The notes: generated by a model from the sequence alone, not told the origin. A DNA stretch of 64,000 bases from Nanobdellota archaeon (GCA_038045705.1 JBBSXO010000003.1:1-64000); one strand, 5' to 3'. Positions 40,630-50,177 are shown, counted from the first letter of the stretch. Made by a program: numbers and translations.

Positions 40630-40848
40630 TTAAACTTTTATCTCAATAATCTTTTTTCTACTTTTAGGATTTTTAATGTGAATATCTACAAATAAAACAT
40701 TAAATTTTTTGGCAAGCATCTTAATCACTATAATATTAGCCCTACCATCTAAAGCTCTTTCTTTTGTATAAATCAAATAAGTTCCATCACTACACTCCTC
40801 GATGCCATTTTTTAATGATCCGGGTTTAACTTTAACATAGATTATCAT
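40630..40848 (-). CDS. DUF167 (YggU-like) protein
   Basis: VKVKPGS...ALDGRAN...SRKKIIEI. Confidence 0.85.
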   Translation of the reverse strand: MIIYVKVKPGSLKNGIEECSDGTYLIYTKERALDGRANIIVIKMLAKKFNVLFVDIHIKNPKSRKKIIEIKV

Positions 40849-42020
40849 CTAGTCATTATCTCCAAACCATCAAGATTCTTAATAATATAATCCTTCCCAA
40901 CAGCTTGTTTTGTTTTCAAATTTATTGCCTTGACAAACTTATCCCCTATATCACTATGAAGGCGATAAGCGAAATCAAGAGCAGTTGAGTCTGGAGGCAT
41001 TAAAAAACAATCGGGTAAGACATTTCCCTTGCTGTCTTCCATTTTAGCACCAGCTGGAAAAACAGCGATATATTTTAATAAATCAAAAACAATATAATTC
41101 AAAACATTCTGCACACCGGTAGAACCAAATTCAACCATAACTTTTCTAATCATTTCAAGAGCAGATTTTTGAGGATCATTCAAATTCCCAAGAATAGTGA
41201 AGTCTTTTTCACCGGGAATATATTTAATTATTCCAATCTTATCTGCTTGACGCAAACTCAATTCACCATCGGCAAAGCAAGGAACCAATGGATGGCTAAA
41301 TTTATTTTTTATTTTATTAAAATTAGAGATACCATTAGGTCTATCAACTTTATTAGCAGCAATAATCATAGGTTTAGTATAAATCCTCAAAGCGCGAGCA
41401 AACTTGAATAAATCATCATCACTCCAGACAGATGGCTTTCTAATATCAAATTTTTCTTTAATTACTACATGATTAATATCATCTTCTGTAACCTTCAAAC
41501 CAGAAAACTGTTTAGCAACAGTCTTAGCAAATTGTCCCTTTTGCATTTCCATACTTTTCATAAGTGTTACCCAGGCTCTTTTTAAAACTCCTAGATACCA
41601 TAAATCTAACTCTCTTTCAATAATTTCTATATCTTTGGAAGGATCATAATTATCTGTCTGTTTTCCTTCAGCATCTGTTTCTCCAGACATATCAACTACA
41701 TGAATAAAAGCATCAACTCCCGCTAAATCATCAAGAAACTGGTTTCCTAAACCTTTTCCAAGAGAAGCTCCTTCTACTAAACCAGCAACATCAAACAAAT
41801 CAATTGGTACAAATCTCCAACCATCACGAACATATCCTTGTCTTGGATTCGAAACCTTCCCAAAATCAGCAGCTAAATCATGAATCTTAACATATGCCAT
41901 TCCATGATTTGGTTTAATAGTTGCGAAAGGATAATTTGCAATAAGAACATCCTGCAACGTAGATGCCTTAAAGAAAGTTGACTTGCCTACGTTAGGCTTT
42001 CCAAGTAATCCTATAATCAT
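40845..42020 (-). CDS. ychF: YchF/Obg-family ATPase/GTPase with TGS domain
   Basis: GKPNVGKSTFF, ANYPFATI, DVAGLV, NQFLDDL, LPDCFL..STALDFAYRLH. Confidence 0.92.
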   Translation of the reverse strand: MIIGLLGKPNVGKSTFFKASTLQDVLIANYPFATIKPNHGMAYVKIHDLAADFGKVSNPRQGYVRDGWRFVPIDLFDVAGLVEGASLGKGLGNQFLDDLAGVDAFIHVVDMSGETDAEGKQTDNYDPSKDIEIIERELDLWYLGVLKRAWVTLMKSMEMQKGQFAKTVAKQFSGLKVTEDDINHVVIKEKFDIRKPSVWSDDDLFKFARALRIYTKPMIIAANKVDRPNGISNFNKIKNKFSHPLVPCFADGELSLRQADKIGIIKYIPGEKDFTILGNLNDPQKSALEMIRKVMVEFGSTGVQNVLNYIVFDLLKYIAVFPAGAKMEDSKGNVLPDCFLMPPDSTALDFAYRLHSDIGDKFVKAINLKTKQAVGKDYIIKNLDGLEIMTR

Positions 42021-42124
42021 AAAACAATCATAAAATCTAGTATTTTAATTGTTTCCTATCAGACAACTTCAATTTTAATAGAACTCTTAAGTATATTTAT
42101 AAGTAAGTTATTCTCATAGACATA

Positions 42125-42658
42125 ATGAAAAACAAGATAATTATTTTACCAGCATTAGCAATTTTAATGCTATTTGTAATAATGGGAGTAGCATCAGCTT
42201 GTTCATGTATATATCTAGAGGATACACAAGCAAGAATCGAGAATGCAGACTATGTATTCACAGGAAAGATATCTGAGATAAGATTATCAGGTTCAGAATA
42301 TAATAAAGAACAGGAAGCTACAATTAGAATAACGCAATATTGGAAACCATCAAGTTTCCCAGAATCAGTAAATCTCATATTTTATTCCACAAGAGATACA
42401 GGAGCTAACTGTGGATATAATTTTGAAGAAGGAAAAGAATACCTTATTTATGCAAGTTTAGACGCTGAAACAGGTAAAATCTCAACAAACTCTTGCATGG
42501 GAAATTTATTACTAGAAGAATCAAAAGATGAAATAAACGAGCTTAATGACTTAATTGAACCAGTTTCAAGACCAGGAACGAATGATGGAAAAGTAGAGCC
42601 TATTCAAAAAAGTGTCTTTTCAAGATTAATTGATTGGATAAAGAGTCTATTTTCTTAA
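42125..42658 (+). CDS. Secreted TIMP/NTR-like domain protein
   Basis: Signal peptide then A-CSC, ADYVFTGK, NCGYNFEEGKEYLIYA, SC. Confidence 0.75.
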   Translation: MKNKIIILPALAILMLFVIMGVASACSCIYLEDTQARIENADYVFTGKISEIRLSGSEYNKEQEATIRITQYWKPSSFPESVNLIFYSTRDTGANCGYNFEEGKEYLIYASLDAETGKISTNSCMGNLLLEESKDEINELNDLIEPVSRPGTNDGKVEPIQKSVFSRLIDWIKSLFS

Positions 42659-42708
42659 TTCTAGTAAACCGAAACATTAAAAAGAACTATTTATGATTTG
42701 ATACTATC

Positions 42709-42837
42709 GAGCCCATAGCTCAGCCCGGTTAGAGCACTGCTCTTATATGATTGTGCTTCACAAGAAGCATAAGTTCAAGCTATAAAGCTAACAGCTAAGA
42801 ACAGCAGGGGTCCCAGGTTCAAATCCTGGTGGGCTCA
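42709..42837 (+). tRNA. tRNA-Ile(UAU) with 54-nt intron at 37/38 (42748-42801)
   Basis: Acceptor GAGCCCA/TGGGCTC, anticodon stem CTGCT/AGCAG, loop CT-TAT-A|C, CTTA/TAAG central splice helix, T-arm CCAGG-TTCAAAT-CCTGG. Confidence 0.88.
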
Positions 42838-42894
42838 TTAAAAACAGTATTTGAACACAACAATCATTTTAAACGAAAAACATTAACTCAAAAC

Positions 42895-43308
42895 ATGGGA
42901 GATGGAAGACCTAGACCTTTAAAAGGAGGAATGTTTGCATTTGCATATTCTTTTCTTTCAAGTGTGAGATATTTAGTAAATGAGGATTATCAAATTCCTC
43001 ATAGATCCAATCCAGATTTACATAAATCATTAGAAAGAGCTTTGGAAGAAGCACCACAAGATCTCAAAGAGATGTTTCATTTCAGAGGTAGCGTGTTTAG
43101 TATGTCTGAAGAGTTAGATGATTTAATAACCATAGGCCAAGATGCAATGCTTATAGAAACAGCAGATAGAGGCTATAAAATAACATTTTCTAGATGGAAT
43201 GCAAAAGATATATTAAAAGAAAGTAGATATGATAAGGAACAAATAGGAGCAATCCAATCCCTTGCAAAAAGATTTGTAGAAAATTTAGCACAACCAAGAA
43301 CTAATTAA
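42895..43308 (+). CDS. Hypothetical protein
   Basis: Start moved to ATG 42895 because the GTG at 42829 lies inside the tRNA. Confidence 0.55.
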   Translation: MGDGRPRPLKGGMFAFAYSFLSSVRYLVNEDYQIPHRSNPDLHKSLERALEEAPQDLKEMFHFRGSVFSMSEELDDLITIGQDAMLIETADRGYKITFSRWNAKDILKESRYDKEQIGAIQSLAKRFVENLAQPRTN

Positions 43309-43711
43309 AAGGACTAAAACCTTTTTTCAACAAATTTTCAATTGGTAAAAATAGAGGTTTAGGTAATTGATTCCAACTAAACCATTTCCATTCTTCACAT
43401 TTTTCAGGCTCCATAATTCTAACCTCGCCACTAACATAATCACCAATCAAAAACAAAGTGATGTAATGTTTTCCTTCAGAAATATGCAAGTCATTAGTAA
43501 ATGTTGCAAATTTTAAATTCTCAATATTAATTCCAGCTTCCTCTAGAATCTCACGTTTAGCACATTCCTCAACTTCTTCATTAAATTCTAAGTGTCCTCC
43601 AGGAAAAGACCAAGTTCCATTACCATGTAAGCTTTTGCGCTTACCTAGAAGAACCTTGCCGTCTTTAACGACTATTGCGGCAACTCCAACTTTAGGCCCA
43701 TTATCAATCAT
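43301..43711 (-). CDS. Nudix hydrolase (NUDT15/MutT-like)
   Basis: PGGHLEFNEEVEECAKREILEEAG Nudix box; EPEKCEEWKWF. Confidence 0.93.
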   Translation of the reverse strand: MIDNGPKVGVAAIVVKDGKVLLGKRKSLHGNGTWSFPGGHLEFNEEVEECAKREILEEAGINIENLKFATFTNDLHISEGKHYITLFLIGDYVSGEVRIMEPEKCEEWKWFSWNQLPKPLFLPIENLLKKGFSPFN

Positions 43712-44691
43712 TTCTTACAAACTACCAAAGCATACTCATTACCTTGATCAACAATTATTTTAGGATTAGAAAAATACATTTTACAAAATTCTTCAAACTC
43801 CTTAGAATAATATTTGTAAAGAGCAGCAACCACAAACTCATCACCTGCTTTAAAATCAACTTTCTTTCCATCAATATTTTTAGTAAACTCATTCTTTAAT
43901 TTATAGACAAATTCTATACGAGAATTTCCAAACCTAACATCAAACTCAAAATCTCCTTCACTAAAGCCAAGACCAAACATTAAATGCTTTAACCAATCAT
44001 GAAAAGCAGGGTTTTTGTATTTATGAATATCCACAAGTCTATCTCCAACTCGAATACCATTTCCTATAATAAGAACATCTCCTTTAGACAGATCTCTTTC
44101 AAGTTCAAATAAATATTCATTAATATCGAAACAAGCTATTACACCACCAAGTAAGACAACAACATTTTTTAGATAATTATCAGATTTTAATTTTTTAGCA
44201 ATTGGTCTCAATGCTCGCCCATCTCCAGAAGAAAGAAATGGTTTACATTCTTTCAAATTAGAAAATCCAGCCTTATTAACATTAGAAACAGCAAGGTCAA
44301 GCAAATATTGAGAAGAATTTAAAGGACAATACCTAATATTCACATTACCAGAAGTAATAGAATTAAATTCTTTAATAAACTCAACAACTTTAAGTCCGTC
44401 ACCACAATAAATATCTATTAAGTTAAAATTTTCATTCCCAACATCTTCCGCAATGAGTCTTGCCTGTTTCTTAATCATTTCAACTTCCATATCAAAAAAC
44501 TGCTTGCTATAAATAGGATTTTTAGAAAATTTTAAAAAACCTTTTGCTAAATCATCAGTTAGACCAAGATATTGTAACTCTGTCAATTCCCAAGATTTAT
44601 TCCCATTAGATCTAGAAAAACCATTTTTGAGAAAACCCTGTAACAAAACATCGTGCAACCATAAGTTTGCTTCAGACTTTGTAACAGTCAT
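43708..44691 (-). CDS. SAM-dependent methyltransferase, EgtD-like fold
   Basis: LIDIYCGDGLK motif I, LLGG..CF, LIIG, YKY. Confidence 0.65.
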   Translation of the reverse strand: MTVTKSEANLWLHDVLLQGFLKNGFSRSNGNKSWELTELQYLGLTDDLAKGFLKFSKNPIYSKQFFDMEVEMIKKQARLIAEDVGNENFNLIDIYCGDGLKVVEFIKEFNSITSGNVNIRYCPLNSSQYLLDLAVSNVNKAGFSNLKECKPFLSSGDGRALRPIAKKLKSDNYLKNVVVLLGGVIACFDINEYLFELERDLSKGDVLIIGNGIRVGDRLVDIHKYKNPAFHDWLKHLMFGLGFSEGDFEFDVRFGNSRIEFVYKLKNEFTKNIDGKKVDFKAGDEFVVAALYKYYSKEFEEFCKMYFSNPKIIVDQGNEYALVVCKK

Positions 44692-44853
44692 AAATCTTCT
44701 GAGAATACATCCTTTTTATGTTTTACTATGGATATTTCACTGTACATTGATGAACAGCAAAAACGTTTAAAAATTGCATTCGATAACAATTTTTAAGCCT
44801 ATTAACGTCAGTTAATAATGTTTAAAAGGCATCTTTAACAATAAAAAAGATAA

Positions 44854-44926
44854 GCCCTTGTAGTCTAGTGGTCAAGGACGCGGCCCTTTCGCGGCCGAAA
44901 CCCGGGTTCAAATCCCGGCAGGGGCA
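44854..44926 (+). tRNA. tRNA-Glu(UUC)
   Basis: GCCCTTG/CAGGGGC acceptor, CGGCC-CTTTCGC-GGCCG anticodon arm, GGTTCAAATCC. Confidence 0.95.
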
Positions 44927-45010
44927 TACCGACTTTAGCTCACATCCCTCCTAAAGTCGAAGGATATAATCCTTCTCGACAAACTTTATTAGTGTTCGCC
45001 ACAAACGGAC

Positions 45011-45103
45011 ATGAACATACACAACTTAAAGAGACGATATGAAAGAATACAAAAGAGACTACGAGAATTACCTCTTCTAGAAAACAATAGACAAAATGTA
45101 TAA
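45011..45103 (+). pseudogene. Probable N-terminal stub of a tyrosine integrase
   Basis: MNIHNLKRRYERIQKRLRELPLLENNRQNV* resembles the MDIHNY.RR.ER...I.E.N start I recall for tRNA-adjacent archaeal integrases; ends at codon 31. Confidence 0.45.
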
Positions 45104-45126
45104 ATACTCCTAAACTTTTTATAAGT

Positions 45127-45642
45127 ATGAAGTGGTGGTTAGTTATTATTTTACTTATTGTTCTTTTCTTTGCTCTATTCTTTACTTTTAATCCGCTCTC
45201 AAAAAATGTTGGAACTGACGAATCTGTTAGTGGTCAATTGAACAGCAATCAATCTGCCATTGAGAATAATAATGAATTTATTGCTGAAAATTCTACTAAT
45301 ACAAATGATACTTTAAATAACGAAGAAGCGGTTTCTAACGGTATTTGTCCTTTAGATAATTTGTTTTCACATAATGTTATATGTGAATGCCCTGATGAAT
45401 ATACAAAAATTGGTTGGAGTTTGGGTGGAAGATGGTCTAATGGAACTTATGGTTGGTATTATTGTGATATAAACAAAGATTGGCAGGAATTTGAAAGATG
45501 TAATTCCGAAACAGATTGCACACACCCTTATGTTTGTATAGCTCGTCATAGTTATAAAAATGATTTTAGGTGTTCACCTCCATTATATAGAGATACCTTA
45601 GGATCACGATGTGATCTTAATGGTGTTTGTGGCACGGCTTAA
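45127..45642 (+). CDS. Membrane-anchored Cys-rich hypothetical protein
   Basis: N-terminal TM, Asn-rich linker, ~10 Cys. Confidence 0.7.
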   Translation: MKWWLVIILLIVLFFALFFTFNPLSKNVGTDESVSGQLNSNQSAIENNNEFIAENSTNTNDTLNNEEAVSNGICPLDNLFSHNVICECPDEYTKIGWSLGGRWSNGTYGWYYCDINKDWQEFERCNSETDCTHPYVCIARHSYKNDFRCSPPLYRDTLGSRCDLNGVCGTA

Positions 45643-45724
45643 ATCAAATCAAAATGCCATTGGAGCCTCAAGTGCAACAATAAATACATTACTCTTATTC
45701 TACCTGCGTCTTACAAAGATTTAT

Positions 45725-45744
45725 AAGTAAGGAATTTCTTACTT
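45725..45744. promoter_or_regulatory. Inverted repeat, putative TA autoregulatory operator
   Basis: AAGTAAG-gaattt-CTTACTT between the TATA box and the antitoxin ATG. Confidence 0.55.
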
Positions 45745-45748
45745 TACA

Positions 45749-46006
45749 ATGGAAGTTAAAATAATAAAAGTCACAGATAAGGGTCAGATCTCTTTGCCTA
45801 TTAGTATGCGTCAATCTTTGGGAATTAATCAAGGAGATGATTTAATAGTGACTAGAGCAGATGACTGTGTAATAATAAAGAAAGTGAAAAAAGAGGATTT
45901 TAGAGATTTGCTAAAACTTTCAGAGCTTTCTCTCAAAGAAATCTGGGATAACAAAGAAGACGATATTTGGAATGATTATTTAAAACCAGAGAAGTCTAAA
46001 AAATGA
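45749..46006 (+). CDS. AbrB/MazE/SpoVT-family antitoxin
   Basis: KVTDKGQISLP..RQSLGI..GD; WDNKEDDIWN tail. Confidence 0.88.
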   Translation: MEVKIIKVTDKGQISLPISMRQSLGINQGDDLIVTRADDCVIIKKVKKEDFRDLLKLSELSLKEIWDNKEDDIWNDYLKPEKSKK

Positions 46007-46341
46007 ACGTTAAACAACAAGATTTAGTTTTAGTTCCTTATCCATTCACTAATCTCAAAGAGGAAAAAGTAAGGCCAGCAGTCATTCTTTCTAATGAGTC
46101 TTATAATAAACAATCAAAAGATTGCATTGCACTACCTTTAACATCAGTAATTAATGAAAATCCATTTTCTATTCTTATTTCACAAAATGATATGCAAGAT
46201 GGAAACTTAATCAAACAGAGCAGTATCCGTACCGATAAAATTTTTAGTGTTCAGAAAAACTTAATTCGAATGCGAATAGGTTCCCTAAAGAAATCAGTAT
46301 TTGATAAAGTCAGAGATGAATTATTTAGAATAATCCAATAA
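46003..46341 (+). CDS. PemK/MazF-family toxin
   Basis: DLVLVPYPFTN..KVRPAVILS, PLTS, SSIRTDKIFS. Confidence 0.9.
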   Translation: MNVKQQDLVLVPYPFTNLKEEKVRPAVILSNESYNKQSKDCIALPLTSVINENPFSILISQNDMQDGNLIKQSSIRTDKIFSVQKNLIRMRIGSLKKSVFDKVRDELFRIIQ

Positions 46342-46395
46342 AAATAAATCCCACCATTATGCCAAGTGAGCACAGAGACCGGCAGGGGCATTTAC

Positions 46396-46893
46396 CTATT
46401 TCTTTCGAGTAACCACAATCATAGGACGTAAACGCAAATCATTCTTTGACTTAATATATTCACCTTTGAAATCGAACCATACCTTGCTAAAAGTACTCAA
46501 AGAAATCTTCTTATAATGTGCATCTTCAGGATCAATAAAATATACATTTAATTTATCAATGCCAACAACAACGGAATAATGTCCCTCATTTTCATAAAAC
46601 CAGTTAATTATAACTGGAATCTTTTTAATTACAACAAATTCACGCAATTGAGCTAAATTAGAATTTTCTATGTATTTTACATTAAACCCGTAATGTTTTG
46701 CTGCATTAACCATATCAAACGGGCTAGTTCCAACATTAGTATCATTAACAATAGTACCTGCTACCTTAGCAATTTCTTTCTCATCAATTTCTTTTCCATA
46801 ATAATCAAAGACCATCTTTAAACAAAAAGGTCCACAATAAGAAGGAGTTTGACGCATAGGTTTGACATTTAACATAAAGTAAAAAACATTCAA
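46396..46893 (-). CDS. C39-family cysteine peptidase-like protein
   Basis: QTPSYCGP, GHYSVV, IDP. Confidence 0.85.
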   Translation of the reverse strand: MNVFYFMLNVKPMRQTPSYCGPFCLKMVFDYYGKEIDEKEIAKVAGTIVNDTNVGTSPFDMVNAAKHYGFNVKYIENSNLAQLREFVVIKKIPVIINWFYENEGHYSVVVGIDKLNVYFIDPEDAHYKKISLSTFSKVWFDFKGEYIKSKNDLRLRPMIVVTRKK

Positions 46894-46904
46894 TAGTTTA
46901 AAAA

Positions 46905-47474
46905 TTATACTAGATCTTTAACTTTCCTATGGTAAATAAATCCTAAAATTAAACCAAAAAACATACCAGATAAATGTGCAAGATTTGCAACATTACTTGG
47001 AACAAACAACCCTATCAAATCTCCTGCTGCCCATATTATTCCAGCAATAAAAAGGGGCATGGGAAATCCAAATGCCCAAACAAACATCAAAGGGCGAATA
47101 GCAACTAAAGCACCGATAACTCCAAAAATAGCTCCACTAGCCCCAAGAGAAGAATTATAAAAATTAACAGAAACAATATTAGCGAGCAACCCAGTAACGA
47201 AAAATACCATCAAGAATCTTTTACTTCCAAGAAATCTCTCAAGCATACTGCCAAAAAAAGCAAGAGCAAAAGTGTTGTAAAGCAAATGGGCAAATCCTCC
47301 ATGTAAAAATATAGCTGTCAAAAACCTCCAGATCTCAATATAAGAATCAGAATTAAGTAAAAATAAATCAGTAAAACTATCAAACATAAGTTGCATCAAA
47401 AAAACCAAAAGCATCCATCCACAAAGTTTTAGAGCGTAAAAGCGAAATCTATCTTTTCTAGCCATTATAAACAA
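46905..47474 (-). CDS. Rhomboid intramembrane serine protease
   Basis: WRFLT, HLLYN, GASG, AHLSG. Confidence 0.93.
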   Translation of the reverse strand: MFIMARKDRFRFYALKLCGWMLLVFLMQLMFDSFTDLFLLNSDSYIEIWRFLTAIFLHGGFAHLLYNTFALAFFGSMLERFLGSKRFLMVFFVTGLLANIVSVNFYNSSLGASGAIFGVIGALVAIRPLMFVWAFGFPMPLFIAGIIWAAGDLIGLFVPSNVANLAHLSGMFFGLILGFIYHRKVKDLV

Positions 47475-47638
47475 AAAACCTTAAACTTTATAAACCATTC
47501 AAAACTTGAATAAATATGAATACACAAACCACGAGGTTTATTCATTGTCGCTAATGTAAGCAAACCTAGTTCTAACATTTTCTCACAAAAACAATATTCA
47601 CAGTCTTTATATATCAGATATAAAGAAGAATTAAATAT

Positions 47639-47710
47639 GGCGGATGTTGTGTAATGGTAGCATACCGGCTTGTGGCGCCGTTGGAGTGGGTCCGATTCCC
47701 ACCTTCCGCT
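47639..47710 (+). tRNA. tRNA-His(GUG) with encoded G-1
   Basis: G-GCGGATG/CTTCCGC acceptor, CGGC-TTGTGGC-GCCG anticodon arm, GTGGG-TCCGATT-CCCAC T-arm. Confidence 0.88.
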
Positions 47711-47720
47711 TTGAAATAAA

Positions 47721-48953
47721 ATGATATACCAACCAGAAACAGTAAAGGGATTTGAAGATTATCTTCCTCCAGAATCTCAAAAAAGAGAGAAAATAAAAGA
47801 GATAGCTAAGAAATATTTCAAGCTCTATGGGTTTTTACCAGTTGAAACCCCATCAATAGAATTCGATGAATTGATGCGAACAGATGGAATAGGAGAAGAA
47901 GATGAAGCTGTTAGAGATAGATTCAGATTAAAAGACAGAGCAAATAGAAATCTAGGTCTAAGATATGAGTTTACATTCCAGTTAGCAAGAATTTTCAAAC
48001 AAAATCCAAATATTAAACTTCCATTCAAAAAATACCAAATTGGAGAGAACTTTAGAGACGAACCAATAAGAACAGGTAGAACTCGCCAGTTTACTCAATG
48101 TGACATCGACATAATAGGAGATTCTTCGATAAATGCCGATGCAGAATGTATAGCCGTAGTTTCAGATATATTAAAAGAATTAAGAATAGAAAATGTAGAA
48201 ATCCAAATTAATAATAGGAAATTAGTAGACGAAATAATAAAATCTGTTCAAATATCTGAAAAACAAGCAGTACTAAGGGAAATAGATAAAATAGATAAAA
48301 TAGGAGAAGATCAAGTAAAGATGAATCTTAAAAAATATGCAGATTCAAATCAAATTCTAAGCCTTTTCAAATTGATGGATAAAGACACTTCATTCTTTAA
48401 AGACAATATGTTTGATGGAGCTCAAGAATTAATAGATTTAACTCAAAAATGCAAAGAATATGGAATAACTGCAAAATTCAATCCAAAACTAATGAGAGGT
48501 TTCAATTATTACACTGGAAATGTCTTTGAATTATTAATGGGAAAAACTGCTATTTTAGGAGGTGGAAGATATGATAAACTAGTAGGCAAATATGTAAACA
48601 AAGAAATCCCAGCTGTCGGAATTTCATTTAGCATAGAAGCAATAACAGGTCTATGTCCAAAAGAAATTAACCAACTAGAAATAGAAAACACCAAAGCAGT
48701 AATAATTTCTATAGATAAAGACAAAGAAGCAATTAAACTAGCACAATCTCTAAGAAAAAACAATATAAGTTGTATAATAAATTCAAATGGTCCTGGAAAA
48801 GCACTAGAATATGCAAATTCATATCAAATTCAATATGCTATATTTGTAGGCAAAGAAGAAATATCAAAGAAGAAATTTAAGTTAAGAGACATGAAATCAG
48901 GAGAAGAGTCTATATTAGCAGAAAAGTCAATTATCTCAAAATTGAAAGATTAA
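47721..48953 (+). CDS. hisS: Histidine--tRNA ligase
   Basis: KGFEDYLP, LRYEFT, FRDE..GRTRQFTQCDID, RGFNYYTG, GGGRYD. Confidence 0.96.
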   Translation: MIYQPETVKGFEDYLPPESQKREKIKEIAKKYFKLYGFLPVETPSIEFDELMRTDGIGEEDEAVRDRFRLKDRANRNLGLRYEFTFQLARIFKQNPNIKLPFKKYQIGENFRDEPIRTGRTRQFTQCDIDIIGDSSINADAECIAVVSDILKELRIENVEIQINNRKLVDEIIKSVQISEKQAVLREIDKIDKIGEDQVKMNLKKYADSNQILSLFKLMDKDTSFFKDNMFDGAQELIDLTQKCKEYGITAKFNPKLMRGFNYYTGNVFELLMGKTAILGGGRYDKLVGKYVNKEIPAVGISFSIEAITGLCPKEINQLEIENTKAVIISIDKDKEAIKLAQSLRKNNISCIINSNGPGKALEYANSYQIQYAIFVGKEEISKKKFKLRDMKSGEESILAEKSIISKLKD

Positions 48954-50119
48954 TCTCTTCTCATCAATTCTTCATATTCTTTTGAAAATCTAAAATCTAA
49001 ACAAGACATTAGTTGATTAGCAGATGTCCTCCCTAATCCTTTTGCAGCTTGTACAAATAATCCTTTAATTAAATGATCTACTTCATCTGGTAAAAATCGA
49101 GCCGTAACTTTAGTTTCAATACCCTTTTGAGTAGGATGTTGGACAAAAACAAGTTCTTTATCTACATTAGTATATATTCCATAAAGAGCTCCCCAATTAG
49201 TATTAAGAAAATGGTTAGGAATATTCTCTCCCTTAGTAATATCATCTTCATTAATGGACATTAAATCTGTTCTTGTGAAATATCTCTGTACTGGAAAATC
49301 AAAATCTCCATAATTTCTAGTAGCTGTTCCCATGTTTTGTCCCAAGCTTCTAGCTAATTCAACTACTTCTTTATAATTGTCTTTTAGAGATTGAGATGGT
49401 AATTTATGATGTTCAATCCATTTTAATAGTGCAACTAAAAGATGAGGTTCAGTTGAATGGTATGCAATAACCTTGTTTAAATCAGATTCAGGTATAGGTC
49501 TATAAGAAACTCTATTTCCTATAGGGTCTGTTGTTTCGTAAGGAGTTACATCGGTTTGAAATATCCTTAAATCACTATTGGTGTCTCCGGTAATTTGACT
49601 GATAACAAATTTTCCATCCCCTCTTTTAGTCTGCCAAGTGTATCCTTCTCTCAGAACTCCCTCGTTTACTGTCTCATCAATAAGAGCTGCAACAGAACCA
49701 GTTAAATCTGTTAAATTATCAAATCTAAACTTCTTATAATCCCATAATTCATCTCCATTTAGAACTTGAGAAGCTGGATAACCTAAAATCCCAAGTATAT
49801 CTTCAATTTCTACTTGTTCAATATATTCTTTGCCAGATCTTTTTATTTTCCAAGGGTGTTTATCTCTATTTTTATAGACTTCATCTATTCCATCTTGAAA
49901 ACATGATCTTTCTTTAGGAGGAAGAGTCTTAAATAAACCTCTGTCGCCCATCTCTTTAACAACAGAACGAATTTCATCATCATCAATAAAAAAATGCCCA
50001 AAGTCCAATCTGCCACCAGAATTTTTAAGTCTAATTTTTTCAGCTATTCCACTTATTTCTAATTTAGATCTGGCTTCAGGATAAAGAGTATAACCAAAAG
50101 ACCTCATAAAAGAACACAA
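48950..50119 (-). CDS. Hypothetical protein
   Basis: 389-aa ORF with no recognised motif. Confidence 0.7.
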   Translation of the reverse strand: MCSFMRSFGYTLYPEARSKLEISGIAEKIRLKNSGGRLDFGHFFIDDDEIRSVVKEMGDRGLFKTLPPKERSCFQDGIDEVYKNRDKHPWKIKRSGKEYIEQVEIEDILGILGYPASQVLNGDELWDYKKFRFDNLTDLTGSVAALIDETVNEGVLREGYTWQTKRGDGKFVISQITGDTNSDLRIFQTDVTPYETTDPIGNRVSYRPIPESDLNKVIAYHSTEPHLLVALLKWIEHHKLPSQSLKDNYKEVVELARSLGQNMGTATRNYGDFDFPVQRYFTRTDLMSINEDDITKGENIPNHFLNTNWGALYGIYTNVDKELVFVQHPTQKGIETKVTARFLPDEVDHLIKGLFVQAAKGLGRTSANQLMSCLDFRFSKEYEELMRRD

Positions 50120-50177
50120 TCAGTTCCATATTAAAAGATTGTTGCATTAAACTTTCTCTTCTATGACAGCCAATCTC

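Larger units (their letters stand above)
44915..46391. mobile_element. Decayed integrative islet at tRNA-Glu, bounded by a 13-bp direct repeat
   Basis: CCGGCAGGGGCAT at 44915-44927 (tRNA 3' end) and 46379-46391; contains an integrase-like stub and a TA pair. Confidence 0.72.

Noticed and set aside
42829-42894. GTG-start N-terminal extension of the ORF after tRNA-Ile
   Set aside because: It overlaps the tRNA acceptor stem; ATG 42895 is more plausible
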